A stretch of DNA of 64,000 nt from Octopus sinensis (GCF_006345805.1 NC_042999.1:682001-746000), one strand, 5' to 3'. Positions 11,745 to 24,802 are shown, counted from the first letter of the stretch. The notes: a model not told the origin generated them from the letters alone. Made by a program: numbers and translations.

Positions 11745-12320
11745 GGCGACGGCGGCGGCGGCGGCGGCGTTATCAGCGTCATCGTCGTCATTATAATCAT
11801 CATCAACATCATCATCTTCAGCAGCAGCAGCAGCAACATTATTCACCTCATCTTCATCATCATAAACATCATCATCATTTCCCTCCTCCTCTTCCTCCTC
11901 TTTCTTCTCAGTCATCACCACCACCACCACAATCACTACCATCATCATCACCACCATCATCATCAGCATCATCATCATCATCATTATCATCATCACTATC
12001 ATCATCATCGTCGTCACCACCATCATCATGATTATCATCATCACAGCCATCACCATCATCATCACCGCAACCATCATCACCGTCGTCATCACCATCATAA
12101 TCACCATCATCACGTCATCGTCATCGTCATCGTTGTCACCATCACCATCATCATCACAACCATCACCATTACCACCACCATCATCATCACCGCAACAATC
12201 ATCACCGTTGTCATCATCATCATAATCACCATCATCGCATCATCGTCGTCATCGTCATCATCATAGTTCCCCCGCGTCCTCATGATGATGACGAAGATCA
12301 TCATCGTCATCATCACCACC
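11540..12320 (+). repeat. (CCT)n/(CAT)n/(CAC)n compound trinucleotide tract
   Basis: direct reading. Confidence 0.95.
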
Positions 12321-12689
12321 CTCACCATCAATTTATGTAAACAGCATTATCACCTTGTCAACATTAACATTATTACAATTATCGATCAGAACTGTTATAA
12401 AAAAAATTTGCTTATTATTGGTATTTATATTTTGATACATCTTTATTGTTTGTTTATGCAATCAAAAAGAATGCTTGATGCAAATATTTAGAGAGTGCAA
12501 TCTCTAGGGTCCAGCTAAACATATTATTATTCCAAGGATAATATTTTCATGTTCAATAATATTCAATTATTTTCTCGTTTATAGGCCGTTAGGGTGCTCG
12601 AAAATTTTGCGAATCATTATCGACGAAAAAGACAAACGTACGGTCTCTTAGGCATTGACGGAAATGGAAAGAAGTCTGCTGTCATGCAT

Positions 12690-12885
12690 ATGATTGACCG
12701 CTAACTCCGAAAGATCTTTTTTTTATTCTCTCTCAGATTATTTCTTTGTGTTTCTTTCTGGTGAAGAGCGTAGGCTCGAAACGTAAAAGACTTTCTCACC
12801 TTCTCGAGCGTCAAACTAATACCCTTGCTTGTTGTTCCTACACCTGTCTTCGGGTTTTGTTTTTCTGTAAATTTCAACTGTATAT
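12690..12885 (+). mobile_element. PLE pLTR-like repeat with minimal hammerhead motif at 12753-12790
   Basis: TCTTT CTGGTGA A GAGC GTAG GCTC GAAAC GTA AAAGA; related copy at 29375-29472; ends in (TG)n. Confidence 0.65.
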
Positions 12886-12913
12886 GTCCGTGTGTGTATG
12901 TGTGTGTGTGTAT

Positions 12914-12963
<50 letters not shown>

Positions 12964-13029
12964 ATAATATCAGGGTAATAAAGATTTTAGAAATTTTTAC
13001 TACAAGTGGCCTAGTGTATAGAAACATTA

Positions 13030-13213
13030 TGGCGAATTTCTTTCTCTGTCTTCCCTTTCTAGAATCTTTCCTTTTTCTATGTTTCTGACGAAGAGTTCCG
13101 CTCGAAACATTAAAACCATCTTCTTTCTTTCCTTTCCTGGGCGTACAATAACACTATACGTGTTCCACGCCCTCATGTTGTTCTGTTTTCTCTTTGTTCA
13201 TGTTTGGATTAAC
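13030..13213 (+). mobile_element. PLE pLTR-like repeat (family E) with hammerhead motif at 13081-13116
   Basis: GTTT CTGACGA A GAGT TCC GCTC GAAAC ATT AAAAC; same family as 5540-5730; ends in (TA)n. Confidence 0.7.
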
Positions 13214-13246
<33 letters not shown>

Positions 13247-13775
13247 GGAGAGAGAGAGGGAGAGAGAGAGAGAGACGACAGGCTTCTTTCAGAATCCGTC
13301 TTGCAAATCCACTTGCCCAAGGTGCCACGAGGTGGAACTCTATATGTGTATATATGTAATCAAATGAATAACAGTAAAGATGCTGTAAGGAGCTTATAAT
13401 TATCCATCGTCTGTTATTATTCATTTGATTGTAATACACCAAGGGGATTTACGACTTGTCGGTCATCATAGAGCATATCAACAACGTACAATTCAACGTA
13501 ATGCGTGCGTTGGACCAGCCCTTAGGGGCTAAATACTCATAGAGTTGGTTTTCTCTGTGTACACAACCAGAATATCATATTTAACACTTACCAACCACAA
13601 GCCGGAACCAAAGATTTATCTAACCCTACTTGGTGCATATCTTTTCAGGTACCCGATTCTATCTGAATCCTTATGTTACTACACATACACATGTATATAT
13701 ATATATATATATATCCTTAAATCCCTTTAAAATGTTTTAGCCCGAAGGCCGCGGCCATGCTATATATATACCATA

Positions 13776-13849
<74 letters not shown>

Positions 13850-14094
13850 TGGTTTGTGTGTGTGTGTTGTATAAAATTAATCAAAGGACATACTAGATAT
13901 ATCTACCTGCTGGAAATAACAGTCAAAACCTTATTTAAATCGCCAGAATACACTGATAATAACTACAGAAACCACGTTTTATCATTTGCAATTTTTACAA
14001 TTTTATAAACTAATACTTTCATTTGTTACGCAAACATGAAGCTTATGTAGTGACGGTCAGGTTCCATAATTCACAACTACAGTGAGACAAAGAT

Positions 14095-14169
14095 ACATAC
14101 ACACATGCATACATACATACATACATACATACATGCATACATACATTCATACATACATACATACATACA

Positions 14170-14203
<34 letters not shown>

Positions 14204-14249
14204 CATACTTACATACATTCATGCATACATACATACATACATTCATGCA

Positions 14250-14283
<34 letters not shown>

Positions 14284-14600
14284 CATACATGCATACATAC
14301 ATACATACATACATACATACATACATTCATATATACATACATACATATATACATACATACATACATTCATGCATACATACATACATACATACATTCATGC
14401 ATACATACATACATGCATACATAAATACATACATACATACATACATACATACATACATACATACATGCATACATACATTCATGCATACATACATACATGC
14501 ATACATAAATACATACATACACACACACATATATACATACATACATACATACATACATACATACATACATACATACATACATACATACATACATACTCAT
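14095..14600 (+). repeat. (ATAC)n tetranucleotide array
   Basis: direct reading. Confidence 0.97.
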
Positions 14601-15682
14601 ATGTACATTTGTATTTCTGTCTGTGTGTTTCTTCCCCTACGCTACAATCTGACAACCAGCATTAGCTTCTTTATGTTTCCTTAAGTTAGCGATCCTGCAA
14701 AATAGTCCGATGATATAAGAATCGGAATATAAGAACACTTCATAGTAGAGTCAATTTGTTCGACCAAAACCCTCCTTCAAGGCAGTGCGTGCCTCCAGCA
14801 TGGCCGTAGTTCAGGAATTTTCTGTGTGCCTCAAGAGTTCTATATAAAAGTGTTACGAAGATAAGTGAATCATGGGTCAGAGACTTGGCTCCCATATAGC
14901 TTACCAACTCCACTATACAAATTTCCAAAACTAAATCAAATATCTAACAGTATTTCAGATTTATTCATCTCTATTTGAAGTTTAAATTCAACTTGAACTA
15001 CGTTTAACTTTCATCATTTGAATGGCTAATATACTCCACAAGATTTAAAGTAAACTTGAATATATCACCTACGTCCGTCACTTACAAAAGTTAACCTCGT
15101 GCGTTTGAAACAAATCAATACGTAACAGAAAAGGTATTCCACTTAACAGAACATAACACTGCGAACTGATTAAATAACCGACATAATATTATCTGATTGT
15201 TTGCTTAAAACAAATAACTAAATTTTAAATTACATCTTACAACTACTAATTTGTATCGTGACAAGTTTCAAGACAGCATCTGATCTTTCAAAAGCATACT
15301 ACACTATTATCAGCTTTCTTGTTCCAGTTAATTGGTCTTGTTCAACCGACATGCGGATTTACAAGTTTGTACAGTTAAATATATGAATCACTCAGCGTTT
15401 GTATTCGCCTTGCCTTGATGTTTATTCTGCCAGAGCTTCGATTATGTTATCATTGGGCAGACAGAGAAGAATTGAAGATCTTATTAAAGCTAATGGAAAT
15501 GGTTATAGTTTACGAATTAATGATCTAGCACATCATCCGAACACGGTTATTATTGAATCAAACTATCTACATACCTATATATACATATTGAGATACACAC
15601 ACACACATGCGTACAAATATATATCTGTATCTATATATATTATTCACACACATTTATACATACATACATACATACATATATA

Positions 15683-15755
<73 letters not shown>

Positions 15756-16227
15756 TAGAAGATAGAGAGAGAGGAGAGAGAGAGAGACAGGAGAGAGAGG
15801 ACAGACAGGCAGAGATGTATATGTGTGTGTAGATAAATATATATTTATATAAATCTCTTCCATTCTCTATATATGTGCATAATATACACACACGCACGCA
15901 CACACTCACATAGGCCCACATATATAATTATATATTCGCGTATCAATAAAAGTTTATGCATTTCAAAAAGCGAATCCTTGAAGGAAATATGGGATGTGTG
16001 TGTGTATGTAAAACGATGTATGTTTGTATGTATGTATGTGTACATGTATGTGATTGTATGTATTAAATTTCTAAACCAATTCGTAAATGAACAATCAGAT
16101 TGTTATTCTAGCTTCTCTCTGTGTCTGTCTCTTAATAAGTATGTGTGTTTATGCATATGTACACATGTATGCATAAATATGTAAGTATATATATATATAT
16201 ATATATATATAGATATATGCATTCATA

Positions 16228-16616
16228 TACTCTTTTACTCTTTTACTTGTTTCAGTCATTTGACTGCGGCCATGCTGGAGCACCGCCTTTAGTGGAGCAA
16301 ATTGACCCCAGTACTTATTCTATCGGTTGCTTTTGCCGAACCGCTTAAGTTACGGGGACGTAAACACACCAGCATCGGTTGTCAAGCGATGTTGGAGGAA
16401 CAAAGACGCACAAACACATACAGACACACGCATATATACATATACATATATACGATGGGCTTCTCACAGTTTCCGTCTACCAAGTTCACTCACAAGGCTT
16501 TCGTCGGCCTGAGACTATAGTAGAAGACACTTGCCCAAGGTGCTACGCAGTGGGACTGAACCCGGAACCATGTGGTTGTTAAGCAAGCTACTTACTACAC
16601 AGCCACTTGTTCGCCT
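16228..16616 (-). mobile_element. SINE-A copy
   Basis: (cttttact)n tail, internal microsatellite, head cagccact...cgcct. Confidence 0.92.
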
Positions 16617-17154
16617 ATATACGTACATTTCTATGCATACGGACTTATAACCAATTTATCTATAATGAAACCGTATCACTGGTCATATGTGAATCTGTGA
16701 AATCAACATATGTTCTTAACACAGTTGTAAAAGTCTTTAGCATTCTTTAGAAAAAAGCCTAGTTGATACATTTAGGTTTCTCTTGAGATAGAGCCATTTA
16801 GTTTAATGATGTGGCCTATTTATACATTAAGGCTTAATGTACATTTACGAAACATACGAGTCTAAATTCATTTAGTATTTATGAACACACCTATACACCC
16901 TGGCGCAGCACTTTACTTCATTAACACGCTGCCACAAAATAAATTGATGTGCAAATAAGTGAATTATTTATATGTAATTGTGCGGAGCCCCCTGACTGTC
17001 TCCATCTGTAGCTACTTAGATTGAACCACTAATTCTGTTGAATGAATATACTCTACGTTATATATTGGGTAGATTAAATCACATTACTTAAACAGTATAA
17101 CATGTATATACAATTGTGTCCAAAATATACAAATACTCGCACGCATATATATAT

Positions 17155-17191
<37 letters not shown>

Positions 17192-17285
17192 TGTGTGTGT
17201 GTGTGTACACTTGTATATAAACATATATCGATATCTATTAATCTGTCAGACTGTCTGTTGTCCGTCTGTATTTATCTATCTATCT

Positions 17286-17689
17286 CTCTTTACTCACTCT
17301 CTCTTTTACTTGTTTCAGTCATTTGACTGCGGCCATGCTGGAGCACCGCCTTTAGTCGAGCAAATCGACCCCAGGACTTATTCTTTGTAAGCCCAGTACT
17401 TATTCTATCGGTCTCTTTTGCCGAACCGCTAAGTAACGGGGACGTAAACACACCACCATCAGTTGTCAAGCAATGCTAGGGGGACAAACACAGACACACA
17501 AACATATATATATACATACATATATACGACGGGCTTCTTTCAGTTTCCGTCTACCAAATCCACTCACAAGGCTTTGGTTGGCCCGATGCTATAGTTGAAG
17601 ACACTTGCCCAAGATGTCCCGCAGTGGGACTGAACCCAGAACCATGTGGTTGGTAAGCAAGCTACTTACCACACAGCCACTCCTGCGCC
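17286..17689 (-). mobile_element. SINE-A copy
   Basis: colinear with other SINE-A copies. Confidence 0.93.
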
Positions 17690-17700
17690 TATCTATCTAT

Positions 17701-18185
17701 TCTATGAACCCCAAAAAAAAATACCGAAAGGAAAATAGAGAGCCACTTACTGTAATTGTTTTCTTTTTGCATGACACTATTGCCCAAGGTTCCCGTGGTT
17801 TTTCCATAGGCTTTTCTATCCACGGACAAACCTAACCTGTTTTCCCTTTTTACGTTGACATTTCTGTGATACATGATCCCTATTGGGCGTCCCCGCTTTT
17901 TTTACCCGATCCCTTTTGATCGGAATTCGACCAATTTTTTTCTTTTTCCTTCTCTTCTTCCCAAAATGAGAAGCTCTACTTTGTATTTTCTCCCTTCTGT
18001 GTTCATCCCTGCGTGGCCAATAAAGAAATCTATCTTTCTATCGTTTTTTTATCGTTTTTTTCTTTCCCTTCTACGATCCCTTTTGATCGAAAACCTACTG
18101 CACTTTTTTTTCTCCCCAAAAAGAAAAGATCTACTTTGTAATCTGTCCCGTCTGTGTGCAGCTCTGTGTTGCTGATAAAGAAGCA
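17701..18185 (+). mobile_element. Two tandem 5'-truncated copies of a (TATC)n-flanked element (non-LTR 3' UTR-like)
   Basis: Units 17701-18028 and 18043-18185 both end gctctactttgta..ctgtgt..gtggc..aataaagaa then TATC; third copy at 21082-21238. Confidence 0.7.
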
Positions 18186-18272
<87 letters not shown>

Positions 18273-18436
18273 ATAATATCTATATCTATATCTATCTCTA
18301 TATATATTATTTACCTATCTTATCTATCTATATATCTATGGTATCTATCTATCTATCTATCTTATCTATCATCTATCTATCTATCTATCTCTCTCTCTCT
18401 CTCTTCTCTATCTCTCTATTATATCATATATATAGA

Positions 18437-18475
<39 letters not shown>

Positions 18476-18481
18476 ATATAT

Positions 18482-18649
18482 CAGAAGGCACAGACTTATA
18501 AAAATAGTAGAGATGGATGTGAACTTTGTTCTATGGAGACATATGAAATTTTAAAACATAGGAATAATACAAACTTATTGAATAGCCGTTCTGAACTGGG
18601 AGTATCTTGCATACATAGGGCTACCTGTATGTTTAAATATTTTAAATAA
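18482..18649 (+). pseudogene. C-terminal fragment of a PLE GIY-YIG-type ORF
   Basis: QKAQTYKNSRDGCELCSMETYEILKHRNNTNLLNSRSELGVSCIHRATCMFKYFK* resembles the KA.PY..C.LC..E..IL..LLN.RSEL..C.H tail of PLE ORFs (recalled, not searched). Confidence 0.6.
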
Positions 18650-18831
18650 TAACATTCTGACCATTCCTAAATTTTTAAATCCTAATATTTTATAACCAAA
18701 TAAAAATTAATATACCATACCAGCTTTTATTCAACCTGCATAGATTACTAAGAAATTTCATTATATATATAAATCTGAATATATGAAATAAGAATTTTTT
18801 TTTGATACTCTCCTATATTGGAAAGAAAAAA

Positions 18832-19320
18832 TTCTATATATCTAGGGAGATTACCTAGTTCATCTTGAATGACCTCCCTTCCATTACTTTTTAATATATA
18901 TTATTGACTCCTGATATATTTACTTAATTGATAAATTTTTTCTCCACGGATAGTAAATATTATGTCAAACATTCTTTTAATTCGAGTCATTAATAAAACA
19001 AATCACCTTTTACTAGCTACTTATGATTCTATATTAATGGAATTGGGGGTATATAAATATGAAATAATCGTAAATAATTCTATATATCTAGAGAAATTAC
19101 TTGGTTCACCTTGATTACATCCCTTCCATTACTTTTTTAATATATCTTATTGACTCCTAATATATGTACTAAATTAATAATGTTTTTTTCTACGGTTAGT
19201 AAATATTATGTCTAACATTTTCTTTTAATTCAACTCATCACTTACTAGCTAATTATGATAATATATTAATGGAAATGGATATATATATATATTTATATAA
19301 ATATGAAATGATTTCTAGAT
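18832..19320 (+). repeat. Tandem duplication of a ~245-bp AT-rich unit within the putative PLE 3' UTR
   Basis: ttctatatatctag...cccttccattactttt...attgactcct...agtaaatattatgtc...ttactagcta..tatattaatggaa present at 18832 and again at 19079. Confidence 0.85.
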
Positions 19321-19819
19321 ATTCTATTCCTATATAAGATACTAATGTTTATTAAAATCATTTAGAAAATAGTCTAAGGAATAGTTACTTAATTTCTTAA
19401 TATAGAATCTGGATGTCAAATGGTAAGAGACATTAAAACCTCTGGAGCACTAATAGTCTCTCTCCCCCCACCCCTCTAACTTCAACATGCTAGCTTTTTG
19501 CTATAGTGCATTCAAATGTATCTGGGCTGGGTTCCTCAGAACAGGAAAAAGTTTAGGGTTTCGGCATTTGTTCCACCCCTTCCTATATCTATAAATAGAA
19601 AAATTCTTTGTCGCCATCCAACCAAAAATAAAATTCCCCTCCCCACTGACAGATCTAAATAATAAAGGGAAAAAATCTGCAATCAGATAGTAAATTTAAT
19701 ACTATCATGTTCTTAAGAATGAAATCAACCTCTCTGTCTGTATACCTACCCTCTTTATAATGTTGGCAAACGAAATAGAGATAAGAATGTGCATTGTCCG
19801 TTTGATGGGAACATTTCTA

Positions 19820-19912
19820 TAAGTGGCTGAAGATTGCTCGACATTTTAAAATTGATGTAATACTTACAGTGTTTAATAAAATGAAATAGCATGAAACGAT
19901 CGTACCACATTA
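19820..19912 (+). ncRNA. Type-I hammerhead ribozyme candidate with intact core and long loop II
   Basis: taa-GTGG CTGAAGA tTGCT (~49 nt) AGCAt GAAAC GATC GTA CCAC-a-tta; helix III ACGATCGT is palindromic; predicted cut after 19904. Confidence 0.72.
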
Positions 19913-19957
19913 CCTCGGATTTACTTGTTGCTTATTTTGATTATATAAATATAATTC

Positions 19958-19989
<32 letters not shown>

Positions 19990-20008
19990 ATATATATATA
20001 GATATATA

Positions 20009-20045
<37 letters not shown>

Positions 20046-21081
20046 TATAGATATATATATACATACATCTATTATATATGTGCTGTTGTAGAATATATAT
20101 ACATACACAATGATACGATGAGTCCTTGTTGGTTTAAACTTCGAAATATAGATAAATATGTTCTCCACAAAAAATATTTCGAGTGATCCTTCAGTTTAAT
20201 GTAAAATTTTATTTTATTATTACTCGACTGGAAATAAAAACATTAATATGTATGTATGTGTATGTATGTATGTATGTATGTATGTATGTATTACGTATGT
20301 ATGTATATATATGAGTTCATATGATTGTGTTATCTGTGTATATAGATATATTTGTACACATGATGTATGTGTGTGTGTGTGTGGAGAAAGAAATTGAGAA
20401 AATTTAGACAGAGAAGGGAAAATATATATAGGCAATATATTTATCTATTTTTTCTGTGTGTGTGTGATAATCCTGAAATTACTCAATTTATTGCTAAAGT
20501 TAATTTTTTTCTGCTTTTTTCTTAGAAATATCCAGAAATAGCTGTTTGCTTACAGTGAACGATATTTTTCGTGAAAATCTTCTGTAATGTCATCTTAGTG
20601 ATTCCCTGGAACATTTGTTGTCAAAATATAAACATCTTTACCTTGAGAGGAGTGGAGAAATGAAATGCTAGCTATTACAGAGATGACAACAAATTTAGAA
20701 CTTCTCGTATGTCATCTAACTTGAGATTAGAAAAAAAAAATAATCACATTTTATATTTATCTACAAATACCTCACTCTTTAGAAAATCTAGTCAGTTATC
20801 GACCATTATTTCCATTAAATCATCTCTCTCTCACCCTCTCTCTCTCTCTCTTTCTCTTTCTTTCTCGATCTACCAACCCATCTGATGGTAAGTTTGTTTT
20901 TATTGTTCTACTTTAGTTTAAACAACTCGGAAGATTTTAAGGATTGTCCATAAATATTTCAACATTTTCTGTGGTGAGTGCCTTGGAACGAACCATAACC
21001 TTCTAAACGAACAACAGGGATTGTAGCTTTGGTTTGTGCAAAGAACAAATCACAACGCTTGTTTGTATCTATCTATCTATC

Positions 21082-21238
21082 TTTTTTGTTTGTTTCTTTT
21101 TTTTCTTCTTCTTTCCCTTTTATGATCCCTTTGATTGAAAACATACCCCACCATTTTTTTCTTTTTACATAAAAAGAAAAGCTCTACTTTGTAATCTGTC
21201 CCGTCTGTGTGCAGCCCTGTGTGGCTAATAAAGAAACA
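21082..21238 (+). mobile_element. Third copy of the (TATC)n-flanked element
   Basis: TATC run at 21066-21081 upstream and a long (TATC)n from 21239 downstream; close match to 18043-18185. Confidence 0.75.
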
Positions 21239-21355
<117 letters not shown>

Positions 21356-21373
21356 CACTATATTTTCTAATTC

Positions 21374-21548
21374 CTTTACTTGTTTCAGTCATTTGACTGC
21401 GGCTGTGCTGCAGCACCGCCTTTAGTCGAACAAATCGACCCCCAGGACCTATTTTTTCAAGCCAAGCACTTATTCTATCGGTCTCTTTTACCGAACCCGG
21501 AACCATGTGGTTGGTAAGCAAGGTCTTACCACATAGCCACTCCTACGC
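21374..21548 (-). mobile_element. Internally deleted SINE-A
   Basis: tail and head joined at the gaacc microhomology (ccgaacc|cggaacc). Confidence 0.85.
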
Positions 21549-21551
21549 TAC

Positions 21552-21588
<37 letters not shown>

Positions 21589-22298
21589 GTATATATATAA
21601 TTATAGATATATCTATATATATATATATATATATATAAATATGGTGGTAAAATTATATATTTTGGCGCTTCTTTTATAAGTATCTGCCTCATATCCTTTG
21701 AATCACTTCATTATAACTAGTCTAACACAGTTTTCATTATCCTAAGCAAAATCTCATTCTCTTCAGTGTTATTCAAGCAAGCAGTGGAACGTAGACGCGC
21801 AAATTTGAAATTATCTTTCCTTGTCTCTTTTAGTGTGTGCCTCCTACGTCAACTAATGCCATTGCAGACTGCAAATAAGAAATCCTGCTAATATGATTTC
21901 TATGTTGTAACAACAAAACGGGATTATGGCTGCTTAAAAGAACACAGAACAAAGAAAGACGCGAAATAATGATGTCTTTCTTAGGCTTATTCTAAGAGGA
22001 TTCCGTGTCTTAAGACGTACGAGATAAAACATTTGAAAAACCCTCAGGTATTTCGTATCATTAACAGATGACCAATAGATATACATGCTATGTTCTTCAT
22101 CCAGTGTTTCTTTTCTTCTTTTGTAAGGCTTCTTGTTATGGAGAAATTTTTATAGTAATAAAATTAACGATTGACTAAACTTAAAATTTGAACCAACCAA
22201 ATCACCTATCATCTTTCGATCATAGTAAATGTATTATGTTGTTCTGAAAATAATAGTCGATTTCAGAAACATAATTTTATTCTGGAAAAATTAACAAT

Positions 22299-22737
22299 AG
22301 GCGTAGGAGTGGCTGTGTGGTAAGTAGCTTGCTAACCTACCACAGGGTTCTGGGTTAAGTCCCACTGCGTGGCACCTTGGGCAAGTGTCCTCTACTATAG
22401 CCTCGGGCCTACCGGGGCCTTGTGAGTGCATTTGGTAGACAGAAACTGAGAGAAGCCTGTCGTATATATATATATACATATATATATGTGTGTATATATA
22501 TGTATATATGTGTCTGTGTGTGTATGTCTGTGTGTCTGTGTTTGTCCCCCCAACATCGCTTGACAACCGATGCAGGTGTGTTTACGTCCCCGTAACTTAG
22601 CGGTTCGGCAAAAGGCACCGATAGAATAAGAACTAGCTTACAAAGAATAAGTCCTGGAGTCGATTTGTTAGACTAAAGGCGGTGCTCCAGCATGGCCACA
22701 ATCAAATGACCGAAACAAGTAAAAGTGTAAAAAAGTA
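22299..22737 (+). mobile_element. Full-length SINE-A (reference copy)
   Basis: aggcgtaggagtggctgtgtggtaag A box, gggttaagtccc B box, CORE-like ggcaccttgggcaagtgtc, internal (TA)n(TG)n, tail gaaacaagtaaaag. Confidence 0.93.
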
Positions 22738-22744
22738 ATAGAAA

Positions 22745-23192
22745 TGTCTTCATTAGTCGAAGTATGAGCCGTGAACATCTCTGTATTTCTAACATCGATC
22801 AACCAGATTATTTATGCCTCGTTGATAAAAACTTATTGACTTTAATACTAAGAAATTTTTGAAAGCTGATTCCACCTCTAGTTTGGACCTGAAAGTTTTA
22901 TCACTTAAAAACCTGTTTAAACGCTTAAAAGAATTGTAGTCGGTGGGTGAAAGAACAGGAGAATATGGAGAATTTGGTAAAGTCTCGTATCTCAGCTTCA
23001 TTCTTGCAACATGTGGCTTTGCATTATCGTGGAGCAGAATTGGGCCACACCGATTCACCCATGCAGGTCTCATTTTTTGTGCAGGTGAGCATACATTTCA
23101 GCGAATTGATTGCTGTGAACCTCTGCTGTAATGCTCTGACTGGATTTCAGAAAGCTGTAATGGATAGCACCAATTGCAGTCCACCAGACAGT
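22745..23192 (-). pseudogene. Mariner transposase C-terminal fragment (D,D34D region), disrupted
   Basis: VTVWWTAIGAIHYSFLK..ITAE.. then PILLHDNAKPHVA..ETLPNSPYSPVLSPTDY..KRL..FL..F..E.AF..F..FYQRGINNLVDRC; frameshift and internal deletion. Confidence 0.9.
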
Positions 23193-23194
23193 CA

Positions 23195-24393
23195 CCACAG
23201 GAGCCAGTCGATTATATCGACACCAGTGCGAAACTGGTACTTCATTTATCGACCTCAAAAGGATGAAAGGCAATGTCGACCTCGGCGGAATTTGAACTTA
23301 GAACGTAAAGACAGACGAAATACCGCTAAGCATTTTTCCCACCATGCTAACGTTTCTGCAAGCTCGCCGCCTTACTTCACTAGAAATATTCTTTGCTACT
23401 CTAGGCACGAGGCCCGAAATTTTGGGAGAGGGGGCCAGTCGATTATATCGACCCCAGTACGCAACTGGTACTTAATTTACCGACCCGAAAGGATGAAAAG
23501 CAAAGTCGACCCCAGCGGAATTTGAACTTAGAACATAAAGACAGACGAAATACCTATTTCTTTAGTATCCACAAGGGGCTAAATACAGGGAGGACAAACA
23601 AGGACAGACAAACGGATTAAGTCGATTATATCGACCCCAGTGCGTAACTAGTACTTATTTAATCGACCCCGAGAGGATGAAAAGCAAAGTCGACCTCGGC
23701 GGAACTTGAAATCAGAACGTAGCGGCAGGCGAAATAAGATTACACATTTCGCCCGGCGTGCTAACGTTTCTGATAGCTCGCCGCTGTACTACCCTAGAAA
23801 TATTGTTTTCTATTCTAAGCACAAGGCCCGAAGTTTGGGGGGAGGGGGGGCCAGTCGATAAGTTCGACCCCAGTATGGAACTGTTACTTAATTATCGACC
23901 CCGAAAGGATGAAAGGAAAAGTCGACCTCGGCGGAATTTGAACTTAGAACATAAAGACAGACGAAATACCAATTTCTTCACTACCCACAAGGGGCTACAC
24001 ACACAGGGGACAAACAAGGACAAGGACAGAGAAAGGGATTAAGTCGATTACATCGACCCCAGTGCGTAACTCGTACTTGATTAATCGACCCCGAAAGGAT
24101 GAAAGGCAAAGTTGACCTCGGCAGAATTTGAACTCAGAACGTAACGGCAGACGAAATACCTATTTCTTTACTACCCACAAGGGGCTAAACAAAGAGGGGA
24201 CAAACAAGGACAGACAGACGGATTAAATCGATTATATCGACCCCAGCGCGTAACTGGTACTTATTTAATCGACCCCGAAAGGATGAGAGGCAAAGTCGAC
24301 CTCGGCGGAATTTGAACTCAGAACGTAGCGGCAGACGAAATACGGCTACGCATTTCACCCGGCGTGCTAACGATTCTGCCAGCTCGCTGCCTT
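23195..24393 (-). mobile_element. Cluster of six co-oriented SINE-B monomers (trimer, dimer, monomer)
   Basis: six repeats of gtcgacctcggcggaatttgaact; internal junctions gacgaaatacc(t/a)atttct. Confidence 0.9.
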
Positions 24394-24802
24394 ACATCAC
24401 TGGAAACATTCACTCAACAAGGAATAGATTCTGCCACCATTCTCTCTAACATTTCTTTTCCTTTTATGCTTCTCCGTCTTCAACCTATGTCTACAATGTG
24501 TTTTTATTTCATCATAATAACATGTCAAAACACAAATTAAAAATAGAGTAAAGCTGAGAGCATCTAACAAACTATTTCGTATTTATATCGCAAGGAAATT
24601 TATATTCTGCATCGAGTCAAGCCGCTGCGATTAACATTGACTTTCCTCCTTATGAGGTCGATAAAATATGTAGTTCGCAGTCATGAATTGAGATCGATAT
24701 AACAAACTACACCGTTGTCACAAAATGTGTGGATTTTGTGTCTGTTAAAAATCAATATTACTGTGATTTCTCTATTTTCGGAAGACACGGGACAATTTTA
24801 AC

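Noticed and set aside
13950-13985. CTGATAA..GAAAC string
   Set aside because: No credible stem I or II.
19300-19700. Possible decayed ORF on the minus strand (GGTNA-like motif suggested a Polinton polB)
   Set aside because: Stops occur in all frames and there are no other polymerase motifs; better explained as PLE UTR.
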